The notes below the pieces were generated by a model that saw nothing but the letters and a program-made list of their open reading frames with translations, searched no databases and was not told the DNA's origin. Positions 1 to 9,848 of a stretch of DNA of 64,000 nt are shown in pieces. Position 1 is the first letter of the stretch, and each line of letters starts with the position of its first letter. Origin of the DNA: an uncultured Gammaproteobacteria bacterium (lineage in GTDB: Bacteria > Pseudomonadota > Gammaproteobacteria > JABCZS01); NCBI GenBank assembly GCA_963848305.1, contig CAWKDC010000001.1, positions 1,216,001 through 1,280,000 of the forward strand, read 5' to 3'. A program made the translations under genes and the position numbers.

Positions 1-159
1 ATATCATCTCGGCAAGCGCGTTTATTGCAACTCGGTGCGACCCTACCAGATGAGCCAGAGGTGCCATTGTTTAAGGCAGGAACACCGCCTAAGCGTGATC
101 CCAAGAATAAAGATAAGATTGAAGATGCGTTACGACGATTGAAGGATTTTCTGACATGA
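1..159 (+). CDS. 3' end of an unidentified CDS (…[31 protein letters not shown])
   Basis: Open frame from base 1 to TGA 157-159, overlapping the ATG of the next gene (ATGA coupling). Confidence 0.6.
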   Translation: MSSRQARLLQLGATLPDEPEVPLFKAGTPPKRDPKNKDKIEDALRRLKDFLT

Positions 160-522
160 TCAACGACATCATTCAAGCCCTTGGCATTCCCCAGATTAAG
201 CGTCATATATTTTTGTGCTGTGATCAAACCAATCCCAAATGTTGTGACAAAGCAACGAGTTTGATCGCATGGGATTATCTCAAAAATCGTCTGAAGGCAT
301 TAGGCTTGAGTGAGCAAGGGGGCATTTTTCGTACCAAAGCCAATTGTTTGCGTGTTTGTGTACAAGGTGCCTATTGCGGTGGTATATCCTGAAGGAGTTT
401 GGTATCATGGTTGTACGCCGGAGGTGCTGGAGGAAATCATTCAAAGCCATCTTATCGGCGGGAAAATTGTCGATCGATATTTACTGGCTAACACCCATTT
501 GATCAAGGAATCGTCTCAATGA
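156..522 (+). CDS. Thioredoxin-like [2Fe-2S] ferredoxin, split by a +1 indel near 370
   Basis: [22 protein letters not shown] joins [22 protein letters not shown] in the neighbouring frame; typical TRX-like ferredoxin motif. Confidence 0.85.
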
Positions 523-1181
523 GCATCAATGATGACAAAAAAGCCGCCGCGCAAGCAGCCCTCAAATATGTCGAAGAAGGCATGGTGATTGGTGTTGGGG
601 CGGGTTCAACCGTGAATATGTTTATCGATTTGCTGAAAACGTTGCCTTTTGAAGTGGCGGGTGCGGTGGCCAGTTCAAAAGAAACCGCTGCACGCCTCAA
701 GGCTGCCGGTATCCGCGTGATAGATCCAAATGCTGCGGGCGACTTGCTGTTGTACGTCGATGGCGCCGATGAAGCCAACCGTTATGGTTATTTGATCAAA
801 GGCGGCGGCGGAGCCCTTACCGGCGAAAAAATTGTCGCGAGTTTTTGCCGAACCTTTGTGTGTATCATCGATGAAACCAAATGGGTGGATGTCCTGGGGA
901 ATTTCCCATTACCGGTCGAAGTATTGCCCATGGCTCGCAGCAGTGTAGCCCGTCATTTGGTGCGTCTCGGTGCCGACCCTGCTTTGCGTGAACATTTTGT
1001 GACGGATCATGGGAATGTGATCATTGACTTGTACAACTTTAAGATAGTAAATCCGATCGAGATGGAAGCCACGATTAATCAAATCCCCGGCGTTGTTTGC
1101 AACGGTATTTTTGCAAAGCGCCCTGCGGATGTGATATTGGTGGGCAGTGAGACGGGCGTTAAGACGATCAAACCTGAGTGA
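519..1181 (+). CDS. rpiA: Ribose-5-phosphate isomerase A
   Basis: [41 protein letters not shown] motifs. Confidence 0.98.
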   Translation: MSINDDKKAAAQAALKYVEEGMVIGVGAGSTVNMFIDLLKTLPFEVAGAVASSKETAARLKAAGIRVIDPNAAGDLLLYVDGADEANRYGYLIKGGGGALTGEKIVASFCRTFVCIIDETKWVDVLGNFPLPVEVLPMARSSVARHLVRLGADPALREHFVTDHGNVIIDLYNFKIVNPIEMEATINQIPGVVCNGIFAKRPADVILVGSETGVKTIKPE

Positions 1182-1195
1182 ACGAGGAGAATAGC

Positions 1196-1333
1196 GTGGA
1201 AAAGAAGCCTTACGATACAGAAGCCTTGCGTAAAAAGTATGGCATTTTTGGGTTGAGCATCATTCAGATTGTCGGCATTATTTTTGTCTTGGCGATAACG
1301 GCAACAGTCATTTATCAATATATTTATCATTGA
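1196..1333 (+). CDS. 45-aa single-TM small protein (below ORF-track cutoff)
   Basis: GAGGAG RBS, GTG start; MEKKPYDTEALRKKYGIFGLSIIQIVGIIFVLAITATVIYQYIYH*. Confidence 0.65.
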   Translation: MEKKPYDTEALRKKYGIFGLSIIQIVGIIFVLAITATVIYQYIYH

Positions 1334-1432
1334 ATAGTGGCGGGTTGAGTGCAATACATTGCCCGCTGATCAGAAACTGCGGCATTGGATAGGAAACAGA
1401 TTAGTGATGCAATAAAAACGCGAAGGGGTTGC

Positions 1433-1639
1433 CTACACCCCTCCCACCGCATGCGGCACTATCCACCCCATATAAAATGACAGGATCAGCACCAAGATCA
1501 GCAGCAAGCTGAGCCCCACACGCACGAAGAGCGATCTCAAGGCTTTTTGGGACGTGCCAGTTTCTTTCATCAAAAAAAACAGGCTCGCAAACAGGGCAAT
1601 GAGGATGGTGGCCATTAAGATCAATAAGATGAGTTTCAT
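1433..1639 (-). CDS. Twin-transmembrane small protein (DUF2909-like), cox-locus associated
   Basis: 68 aa, two TM helices, SL.FL..…L..RVGLS…GWI.PH pattern; divergent from SURF1 as in gammaproteobacterial cox loci. Confidence 0.85.
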   Translation of the reverse strand: MKLILLILMATILIALFASLFFLMKETGTSQKALRSLFVRVGLSLLLILVLILSFYMGWIVPHAVGGV

Positions 1640-1708
1640 TTCGGTTCCTTTTGTCAAAATTGGCATATACTTAAGGTGTTTCAATTCACCATACATGGGG
1701 ATAGTACG

Positions 1709-2284
1709 ATGAATTCAACCAAAATCATAGTGGCCATGCTCATGATACTGTGGCTGAGCCTCTCAAGCGCGGGCTCTGTCCCTGATCCTACCCCTTGCCC
1801 GCCGGGGGCTATATGTCCTCAGCCACCCTCTATCCCTGAGCATTGGGTTTTTGATAAATCTCTCGGCAAAATGAATCATACGTTTAAATCCTTGACTGAT
1901 GAGATAAGCCTGGTGAATGGGTTGCAAGTGGCCTTGGTTGCGTTATGCAATGATCCTCAAACACCTGCAGACACCCGGACTTGTGAAGATGTCATGACGA
2001 AACCCAAATACACACAGCCCTATATGTTGAAATATGCAGGGGGTGTTTTGGATGTGAAGAAACGATTTATCTTGGGTTCATCCATCTCAGGGGTTAAAAC
2101 AGCCATCGACCAAGCGCTTGTTAACCACTCGAAGATCCATCAACTGCTTATCCAATTGAATAAGGATGCCCTGGTCAATCAGAAATCATGTGATCCTGCT
2201 AATAACCCAGGCACATTAGGAGATCTTCCTTGTGATCCTATCTATACTTCCTCTTATGAATTGTATCAGGAGACAACGCCATGA
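1709..2284 (+). CDS. Secreted Cys-rich hypothetical protein (two helix-Cys-Cys-Tyr repeat units)
   Basis: Signal peptide MNSTKIIVAMLMILWLSLSSA, 6 Cys, ATGA overlap with the next gene. Confidence 0.75.
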   Translation: MNSTKIIVAMLMILWLSLSSAGSVPDPTPCPPGAICPQPPSIPEHWVFDKSLGKMNHTFKSLTDEISLVNGLQVALVALCNDPQTPADTRTCEDVMTKPKYTQPYMLKYAGGVLDVKKRFILGSSISGVKTAIDQALVNHSKIHQLLIQLNKDALVNQKSCDPANNPGTLGDLPCDPIYTSSYELYQETTP

Positions 2285-2769
2285 CAGTGGGACAATCTTT
2301 ATCACCGATAGCACGGGCACTCGCGATTCTGCTGGTAACAGCCGGGTTTTTTGTGGCCAGTGCCGAATCGCTGCCCAAACAAATTGATGAAAATTTAAAG
2401 ACTTTGCAGTCAAAATTAGGGTATTTGAACACCCATACCACTTCTTTCCTCAAAACTTGCACAAAAGCCAACAGCTGCGCACAACAAGATCAACAATACA
2501 TGCCTTATTACACGCTACAATATTGTGCGGGTACTAGCTGCGCTTATCAGCCTATTGTTTTGAAACCAGACAACGTGGCGTTGGACGGTTTGTCTTCGCA
2601 TAAGAAGGCAATAGACAACGATATTAAATATATCACGATGATCCTTGAGGTGTTGAATCACAATACGGCGACATGCTCAACTTCGAACTGTCATACGAAG
2701 CCTCAATATATTGGTGTGTATACCCTGGTTCAATGCGCTGGCCAGAATGTCAGTTCATGTCGACGCTGA
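2281..2769 (+). CDS. Secreted Cys-rich hypothetical protein; possibly one gene with 2757-3269
   Basis: GGAG RBS, signal peptide ending ASA, 8 Cys, internal duplication (LN..C..C..Y...YTL..CAG..C). Confidence 0.75.
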   Translation: MTVGQSLSPIARALAILLVTAGFFVASAESLPKQIDENLKTLQSKLGYLNTHTTSFLKTCTKANSCAQQDQQYMPYYTLQYCAGTSCAYQPIVLKPDNVALDGLSSHKKAIDNDIKYITMILEVLNHNTATCSTSNCHTKPQYIGVYTLVQCAGQNVSSCRR

Positions 2770-3269
2770 TCCCGCCGTCACCACCGTCCGCTCCCACTGT
2801 GGATGATCTGCTTAGCATGATCAGGGCATTGAACGTCAAGACGGAAGCCTTTTTTGCCGCATGTGACAGCAAAGTCATAAGGGATAATGGTCTTACGTCT
2901 GAGGCAGAATGTAATAATACCGGTTCTTGTCCGTATTGCGAAATCACTCTGTGGTCATGCACGAAAGGAGAAAATGGTTGCAGAGATCCCCTCGTAGCAG
3001 AGACGCGCATCACCCAGTTCTCGGGGTACCCTGCCAACTATGACTTTACCCAGTCAGCGCAAGACATTCAGGCGGCTAAAGCAGCCCTGAATACTGCAGT
3101 GAATGACCTCAATGATTCTATCGCCAATCAGAATCCACGAACCATCTATTACGTTGGCAGCAGTGCAAAATTAGGGGTGAGCGCCAGTTGTTATTATGCA
3201 GAACATTATTATTCCCAAAAGGCACCGCCGCAATGGACATTCAGGATGTCAAATGGTCAATGTTACTAG
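2757..3269 (+). CDS. Cys-rich hypothetical protein without signal peptide (likely C-terminal continuation of 2281-2769)
   Basis: 8 Cys and a similar repeat unit; adding one base at TGTCG (~2760) would fuse SSC to STLIPPSPP. Confidence 0.65.
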   Translation: MSTLIPPSPPSAPTVDDLLSMIRALNVKTEAFFAACDSKVIRDNGLTSEAECNNTGSCPYCEITLWSCTKGENGCRDPLVAETRITQFSGYPANYDFTQSAQDIQAAKAALNTAVNDLNDSIANQNPRTIYYVGSSAKLGVSASCYYAEHYYSQKAPPQWTFRMSNGQCY

Positions 3270-3277
3270 GCAATGGC

Positions 3278-3307
3278 TTGTGAATACTCGGGCGTGGGGG
3301 GTATAAT
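3278..3307 (+). promoter_or_regulatory. Putative sigma70 promoter of the SURF1 operon
   Basis: TTGTGA-18 nt-TATAAT, ~25 nt before the SURF1 ATG. Confidence 0.5.
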
Positions 3308-3331
3308 GCCCCCGCGTATCCCGAGGTTTGA

Positions 3332-4048
3332 ATGAAGCAATATCTATTAAAATGGCTCCCCACGCTGGCATTCCTGGTGATGCTGCCCTTCCTGATATCG
3401 CTCGGTTTTTGGCAGTTGTCCCGGGCGCATGAGAAAGAGGCCATTCTGGCGGCCTTGCAGGATAGCACCCATCATACCCCCCTCAGTCTAACTCAGGCTT
3501 TGCAGCATCCCGAACGATACCATTATTATGGCATTGCCATTCAAGGCCATTTCCTGCCCAACACAGATGCCTTGTTGATGCATCAAATGCAAGCGCAAGA
3601 TGTTGGGTACCATGTCCTGACCCTTTTTCAGCCAGAGACAGGCGGGAAGCCGGTCTGGGTGGATCGTGGATTTTTATCAGTCAGACACAAAAATGAAATC
3701 CCTTCGCCCCCTACCCAGCCCTTACTGATCCGTGGCATAATAGACCTCCCTGAGCCCGACCGGTTTATTCTGGGTGAGAACGTGCTGTTTCCCTCCCAAC
3801 GCCCGCTGGAAATGCAGCGTGTTGATGTGGATGAGCTTGAAAAGCTAATGGGAAAACCAGCATTACCCATCACGGTGTTGCTTGAAACAGATGTACAGGA
3901 TGGGTTGACTCGAGACTGGGAAATTGTCGTGATGCCGCCCGAAAAACATGTGGGCTACGCCGTGCAGTGGTTTGCGATGGCGCTGTGTTTGGCGGTGATC
4001 TATTTGATATTGATGTTTAAAAAGCGGGGCAAAGATGAAAAAAAATAA
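3332..4048 (+). CDS. SURF1 family cytochrome c oxidase assembly protein
   Basis: LGFWQLSRAHEK, GYHVLT, VDRGF, HVGYAVQWFAMA. Confidence 0.95.
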   Translation: MKQYLLKWLPTLAFLVMLPFLISLGFWQLSRAHEKEAILAALQDSTHHTPLSLTQALQHPERYHYYGIAIQGHFLPNTDALLMHQMQAQDVGYHVLTLFQPETGGKPVWVDRGFLSVRHKNEIPSPPTQPLLIRGIIDLPEPDRFILGENVLFPSQRPLEMQRVDVDELEKLMGKPALPITVLLETDVQDGLTRDWEIVVMPPEKHVGYAVQWFAMALCLAVIYLILMFKKRGKDEKK

Positions 4049-4556
4049 GACAGCATTAAAATTAACCTTACTACTATTGGTGTTTTTAGCCCCTTTTTTC
4101 GCCGCACTGTTTTTATACCAAGCGCGCGATGGTTTTCATTTCATGACAAACAATGCGGGGAGCTTGATTCGTCCCAGTGTTTCATTTGATCTCGTGGGTA
4201 CACTGCCTGCTGAACGGCGCTGGTGGATGGTGTATTACAGCAATGCAGGGTGTGATGCAGCGTGCGACAAAGCACTCAATCATTTTAATACCATTCGGGA
4301 GTCATTGCTTGAAGACAGCAAACGATTGGGGGTGATCCTCATCACGAAAGAGAAAGTCGAGCATGTGTCCGTGAAACATGTCGTGATCATACAAAATCAG
4401 CAACCCCTTCCAGCAGGTTTGCCGATAGAAGAAGGGCGTGCGATATGGATGGTCGACCCGCTGGGTAATATTATTTTAAATTACGATCCGGTTGCGCTAG
4501 ATAACCGATTATTATTGGATTTACGCCACTTATTAAAAGTTTCTCAAATTGGGTAA
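4035..4556 (+). CDS. Membrane-anchored thioredoxin-like protein of cox assembly operons
   Basis: N-terminal TM, TNNAGSLI.P, CDAAC, VDPLGN, DLRHLLKVSQIG; conserved position between SURF1 and ctaA. Confidence 0.8.
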   Translation: MKKNKTALKLTLLLLVFLAPFFAALFLYQARDGFHFMTNNAGSLIRPSVSFDLVGTLPAERRWWMVYYSNAGCDAACDKALNHFNTIRESLLEDSKRLGVILITKEKVEHVSVKHVVIIQNQQPLPAGLPIEEGRAIWMVDPLGNIILNYDPVALDNRLLLDLRHLLKVSQIG

Positions 4557-5513
4557 TGGGTCATATGATGCCACTTTTTCGACGCTTATTATTACTGTCC
4601 TGTGTATTCGCATTATTTGTAGTGATGCTGGGTGCATACACGCGTTTAACGGATGCTGGGTTAGGGTGCCCCGATTGGCCGGGATGTTACGGCCACATGG
4701 TAGTGGAAAGCACAGTTATTGACAGTACGAAAGCGTGCGACCGAAATGATTCACCGTTATTTTGCGGGCATTTTGGGTTTGTTCATCGCGGGTTTAACGA
4801 TCAGTAGTATTGTTCAGAAAAAATCAATTGCCGGTTTAATGATCATGATTTCATTGCTCGTTATTTTTCAAGCTGCACTCGGGATGTGGACAGTCACTTG
4901 GAAATTACATCCCACAGTGGTGATGGGGCATTTATTGGGCGGGATGTTGATATTCAGTTTATTGTGGTTGGCATTTTTAAAATCAGGTTCTCTTGGAAAA
5001 CAGCACGATGCGTCGTGTGGGTTTAAATTTCTATTGCGATTAGGGGTTGTGTTCGTGTTCGCTCAAATCGCGTTGGGCGGTTGGACATCCGCTAATTATG
5101 CAGCGATGGCCTGCCTTGATTTTCCCACTTGTGAGGGCAGCTGGTGGCCGGTGTCACATTTGAAAGAAGCATTCCAATTAGTCCATCCCATTGGTGCCGA
5201 TTATGAAGGCGGTGTTTTTTCACATGACGTACGCGTCACGATTCAATTTATCCATCGATTGGGCGCATTGTGCGTCACGGCTGTGTTGTTATTGATGACA
5301 GTTATTGCGATGCGAATAGCCTCATTACGCCCCGCGGCGTTGATGGTAGGGGTATTGCTGGGTGTTCAAATTGCATTGGGGATCAGCAATGTTCTATTCT
5401 TACTTCCCTTGCCTGTGGCTGTATTACATAATGGTGTGGCAGCATTATTATTAGCTGCTACCGTCGCATTGTGTTTCCGCTACAGTCACCCGCGGGGGCC
5501 ACATGTGGGATAA
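4556..5513 (+). CDS. ctaA: Heme A synthase (COX15/CtaA), indel near 4738
   Basis: GAYTRLTDAGLGCPDWPGCYG, then EMIHRYFAG, GHLLGG, ACLDFPTC, IHR, LHN in the other frame. Confidence 0.93.
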
Positions 5514-6366
5514 AGCCCGTTATTATGTTGGTCTGACAAAACCCAAAGTGGTGATCTTGATGTTGATTACCGCGTTGGTTGGGATGTTTTTATCAACAAA
5601 TACTTTGCCACCTGCGTCGATATTATTGTTGGGCACTGTTGGGATTGGGCTCGCTGCTGCGGCGGCTGCCGTGTTAAATCACATTGCCGATCAAAAAGCA
5701 GATCTGCTCATGCGTCGCACGCAAAAACGTCCGCTGCCCATGCAACAGGTGACGCAAACGCAAGCGATCATTTTTGCAATCGTCTTGACCGTGCTCAGCA
5801 TGACGATCCTCACTGTGTTTGTGAATCCATTAACCGCTGTATTAAGTTTTGCGAGTTTAATTGGTTACGCAGGCATTTACACAGGGATATTAAAACATTT
5901 GACGCCACAAAATATTGTGATTGGCGGACTGGCCGGTGCCACGCCGCCGTTATTGGGTTGGGCTGCCGTGACTGACACGATTTCTCCCCATGCGTTGTTA
6001 CTCGTGTTGATCATTTTTGTGTGGACGCCGCCCCATTTCTGGTCACTTGCCCTGCACCGCTTGGAAGATTATCGAAAAGCAAATATCCCTATGCTGCCCG
6101 TCACGCACGGCGTGCCATTCACGAAGCGTTGCATTGTTCTGTATACCGTATTGCTGTGTGCCGTGAGTATATTGCCTTTTGTCGTGGGTATGAGCCACTG
6201 GATTTATTTGATTGGCACCGTCATATTAGACGCGCTGTTCCTGGGTTTTGCGCTACGCTTATTAAGGAGGAATGAGCCTTTCATGGCGATATATACCTTC
6301 CATTTTTCGAACATTTATTTATGTGTTTTATTTACGTTATTACTGGTGGATCATTATGTACGATAA
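5503..6366 (+). CDS. cyoE: Protoheme IX farnesyltransferase (heme O synthase)
   Basis: LTKPKV, D.LMRRTQKRPLP, QNIVIGGLAGA.PP, WTPPHFWSL, DY..A.IPMLP. Confidence 0.97.
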   Translation: MWDKARYYVGLTKPKVVILMLITALVGMFLSTNTLPPASILLLGTVGIGLAAAAAAVLNHIADQKADLLMRRTQKRPLPMQQVTQTQAIIFAIVLTVLSMTILTVFVNPLTAVLSFASLIGYAGIYTGILKHLTPQNIVIGGLAGATPPLLGWAAVTDTISPHALLLVLIIFVWTPPHFWSLALHRLEDYRKANIPMLPVTHGVPFTKRCIVLYTVLLCAVSILPFVVGMSHWIYLIGTVILDALFLGFALRLLRRNEPFMAIYTFHFSNIYLCVLFTLLLVDHYVR

Positions 6367-7021
6367 AAAATTAGGAAGACGGGCGATTCCCTTTGCCATT
6401 CTTGGGATATTATTGGCTGTGTTGGGTTACATGTTATTGCCGAGCACCTCGAGTGAGGGTTTAGGAAAAATTGTGCCAGTGCATGGGATTTATTTCACTG
6501 AACCTAATTATTTAAATCCTTTTCAATTGAAAAGCACCAGCAAAAGAACGACGTTCACTGATCAAGATTTGCAAGGGCACTGGACGTTGATGTTTTTTGG
6601 GTTCACACATTGTCCCGATATTTGCCCAACGACGTTGGCCATGCTGAACACTGCCATCACGGATTTTAAAAAAGCGTCACCCAAATTAAAAGAACCCAAA
6701 GTGGTTTTCGTATCAGTAGATCCTGATCGCGATAAAATCGACATGTTGAAAAAATATGTCACTTATTTCAATCCCAATTTTACAGCAGCCACTGGTAGCG
6801 AAGATGCATTGCGTGGTCTCACCCGTCAATCAGGCATTGTGTTTGATAAAATTGTATTAGATGAAGCTGATCCCAGCAATTATGCTGTTGAGCACTCAAC
6901 GAGTATCATTTTAGTGAATCCACGCGGCGCCATACAGGCGATTTTCACAGCGCCGCATGATTCGGCTACATTAACCACCGAATTAACAGCTGTTTATGAA
7001 GCTTATGGAAAGGGAAAGTAG
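6356..7021 (+). CDS. SCO family copper chaperone
   Basis: FFGFTHCPDICPTT, SVDPDRD, VEHS. Confidence 0.95.
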   Translation: MYDKKLGRRAIPFAILGILLAVLGYMLLPSTSSEGLGKIVPVHGIYFTEPNYLNPFQLKSTSKRTTFTDQDLQGHWTLMFFGFTHCPDICPTTLAMLNTAITDFKKASPKLKEPKVVFVSVDPDRDKIDMLKKYVTYFNPNFTAATGSEDALRGLTRQSGIVFDKIVLDEADPSNYAVEHSTSIILVNPRGAIQAIFTAPHDSATLTTELTAVYEAYGKGK

Positions 7022-7023
7022 AC

Positions 7024-7728
7024 ATGGAATATTTATTTGACATGGGTTTGGCGTTAGTGGCCTTGACCCTGTTAGAAATTGTATTAGGGATAGATAATTT
7101 AGTATTCCTCGCGATCATGACGGAACGTTTGCCGAACGAGCAACGCAAATCGGCGCGTCGATTTGGATTAATGTTGGCGTGGATGACGCGCTTGATGTTG
7201 TTGGCGTCCGCTGTTTGGTTGACCACACTGACCGAGCCCTTTTTGACTGTTTTCAACATTGCATTTTCAGGCAGAGATTTATTTTTGTTGATTGGGGGAC
7301 TGTTTTTGCTTTATAAAGCCGTTGAAGAAATTCGCAACCTCATTGAGCCCAAGGCGGTTGAGAAATCTGTGCGAAAATCCAAACTGTTTGGCATTGTGAT
7401 CATTCAAATTGCATTATTGGACATTATTTTTTCGCTGGACAGCGTGTTGACAGCCGTTGGCTTGACGCAACAATTTGGTATCATGGCAGCAGCGATCACG
7501 GTGGCGATCATTGCCATGATATTCGCGAGCGAACCACTAACAGCCTTTATCGAGCGTCATCCCACGATAAAAATGCTCGCACTGGCATTTTTGGTATTGG
7601 TCGGTACAGTCCTAGTCGCAGATGGCATGCATTTCCACGTTCCGCGCGGCTATATTTATTTTGCCATGGGTTTTTCGTTGTTGGTGGAATGCTTGAATCT
7701 TTATCGAAAAAAAGTAAACCCCCTTTGA
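7024..7728 (+). CDS. TerC family membrane protein
   Basis: LEIVLGIDNLVF, GGLFLLYK, LDIIFSLDSVLTAVG, GYIYFAM. Confidence 0.95.
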   Translation: MEYLFDMGLALVALTLLEIVLGIDNLVFLAIMTERLPNEQRKSARRFGLMLAWMTRLMLLASAVWLTTLTEPFLTVFNIAFSGRDLFLLIGGLFLLYKAVEEIRNLIEPKAVEKSVRKSKLFGIVIIQIALLDIIFSLDSVLTAVGLTQQFGIMAAAITVAIIAMIFASEPLTAFIERHPTIKMLALAFLVLVGTVLVADGMHFHVPRGYIYFAMGFSLLVECLNLYRKKVNPL

Positions 7729-7844
7729 ACTCGGGGTTGTGATTGATTAACCTACAAACCATTATCCAGCTTAGGGTATATATGCCTCTAAACGCCTAGA
7801 TAATGCTACAATAGCGCCTGTTTTCAACCTCCGAGGAGCATTAT

Positions 7845-9290
7845 ATGAACCGTACCCTTACGCCTATCACAGTAGCCCATGGCGATGGCATTGGCCCAGA
7901 AATCATGGACGCCACCCTCCGCATTCTAGAAGCAGCGGGTGCTCGGCTTGCCATTGAAACGATTGAGATTGGCGAGAAGGTTTATAAAGATGGCATCAAG
8001 GGTGGTATCCGCCCTGAAGCTTGGGAGTCCTTGCTTCGGACTAAAGTGTTTCTAAAAGCGCCTATCACAACCCCTCAGGGTGGCGGGTTCAAGAGCCTGA
8101 ATGTGACTGTGCGCAAAGCCTTTGGCATGTATGCCAATGTGCGCCCTTGTGTATCATACGCGCCATTTGTTCACACCTTGCACCCATCGATGGATGTGGT
8201 GATTGTACGTGAAAACGAAGAAGATTTATATGCCGGTATTGAGCATCAACAAACCCCGGATGTCGTGCAATGCTTGAAATTGATCAGCGTGCCCGGCACA
8301 GAAAAGATTGTGCGTTATGCGTTTGAATATGCGATCAATAACCATCGCAAAAAAGTGACGTGTTTTTCAAAAGACAATATCATGAAAATGACTGACGGTC
8401 TTTTCCATAAAATATTCGACACGATTGCGAAAGAATATCCCACGATTGAGAGCGAACATTGGATTGTCGATATTGGTGCTGCGAAATTGGCTGACAAACC
8501 CGAGCAATTCGATGTGATCGTGATGCCCAATTTATACGGCGATATTTTATCTGACGTGGCTGCAGAAATTGCGGGTTCCGTAGGGTTGGCTGGCTCTGCG
8601 AATATTGGCGATTCATGTTCCATGTTTGAAGCCATTCATGGTTCAGCCCCGCGCCGTGCGGGTCAAGACATGGCGAATCCTTCAGGTTTGTTGCAAGGCG
8701 CCATCATGATGTTGGTACACATTGGCCAAGCTGATGTTGCCACACGGGTACAAAATGCATGGTTGTCGACCTTAGAACAAGGCATTCACACATATGATAT
8801 TTACACAGAAGGTCAGAGCAAAGAAAAAGTCGGCACAAAAGCATTTGCGGATGCTGTGATTGCCCGCTTGGGCCAAACGCCTAAAATATTAAAACCTGCG
8901 CATTATGAAAACCATGAAGTGAAAAAATCACATACGTTGACGATTAACCCTGAAGTGACAGTGCGCGAATTGGTCGGTGTCGATGTTTTTGTGTACTGGA
9001 AAGCAGACGATGTGAAAGGTCTTGCAAAGGCTTTGCAAGCATCAGAAACAGCTGGTTTATCATTGTTGAGCATTGGTAATCGCGGTAGCAATGTCTGGCC
9101 TGGTGGCATGGCTGAAACATTTTGTACCACGCATTGGCGTGCACGTTTTGAAGCAAAATCAGCCATTCAAAATGAAGCCATTGTCAAATTGCTGGAAAAA
9201 CTGGTTCAGAACAATGTTGACTTCATCAAAATGGAACAGTTGTACCGTTTTGATGGGCAAGACATGTTCTCGAAAGCACAAGGGGATTAA
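7845..9290 (+). CDS. icd: NADP-dependent isocitrate dehydrogenase with C-terminal extension
   Basis: GDGIGPEI, KAPITTPQGGGFKSLNV, RENEEDLY, KDNIMK, NLYGDILSD, FEAIHGSAP. Confidence 0.95.
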   Translation: MNRTLTPITVAHGDGIGPEIMDATLRILEAAGARLAIETIEIGEKVYKDGIKGGIRPEAWESLLRTKVFLKAPITTPQGGGFKSLNVTVRKAFGMYANVRPCVSYAPFVHTLHPSMDVVIVRENEEDLYAGIEHQQTPDVVQCLKLISVPGTEKIVRYAFEYAINNHRKKVTCFSKDNIMKMTDGLFHKIFDTIAKEYPTIESEHWIVDIGAAKLADKPEQFDVIVMPNLYGDILSDVAAEIAGSVGLAGSANIGDSCSMFEAIHGSAPRRAGQDMANPSGLLQGAIMMLVHIGQADVATRVQNAWLSTLEQGIHTYDIYTEGQSKEKVGTKAFADAVIARLGQTPKILKPAHYENHEVKKSHTLTINPEVTVRELVGVDVFVYWKADDVKGLAKALQASETAGLSLLSIGNRGSNVWPGGMAETFCTTHWRARFEAKSAIQNEAIVKLLEKLVQNNVDFIKMEQLYRFDGQDMFSKAQGD

Positions 9291-9292
9291 CA

Positions 9293-9848
9293 GTGCCTGT
9301 CACCCTCACATTGGATGAAGCCGCCGCCGAACTGCATGCTGGGCATGTGGTGGCGGTGCCGACAGAATCGGTGTATGGATTGACGGCCGATCCGACCCAG
9401 GAAAACGCGCTGCGTGCATTATTGGCATTGAAAGCGCGTGATCCCTCCAAAGGATTTATTCTCGTGGCAAGCACTATCGAGGCATTGAACGATTGGATTG
9501 AACCGTTCACGCCCGATATGGCTACCCGTATTCTGCCTACTTGGCCCTTGCACCTGGGTTGTCCCTGCGAAACCCAGTGTGTCCACATTGTTGCGCGGCA
9601 AGCATGCGACATTGGCTGTGCGCGTGACTGCTCACCCAGTGATGAAAAGATTGTGCGATGCATGTGGTTCCGCATTGGTGTCAACCAGTGCAAATCGCGA
9701 AGGAGAACCACCGGCACGCAGCATTGATGGATTATTACAGGCGTTTGATGTGTGTCCGCCCATTGTTGCTGGCGAATTGGGTTCACTTGCCCAGCCTACG
9801 CCTATTTATGATGGATGTACTGGTAAGGTATTGCGCTCCTCAATATGA
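9293..9848 (+). CDS. tsaC: Threonylcarbamoyl-AMP synthase, indel near 9545
   Basis: PTESVYGL, LK.RD.SKG.IL, then GPCTWV, AVRVTAHP, LVSTSAN in the other frame. Confidence 0.92.

Noticed and set aside
3287-3325. GC-rich hairpin around the SURF1 TATAAT as a novel regulatory RNA
   Set aside because: The stem is imperfect; it is adequately explained as a promoter plus a possible weak terminator for the upstream Cys-rich genes
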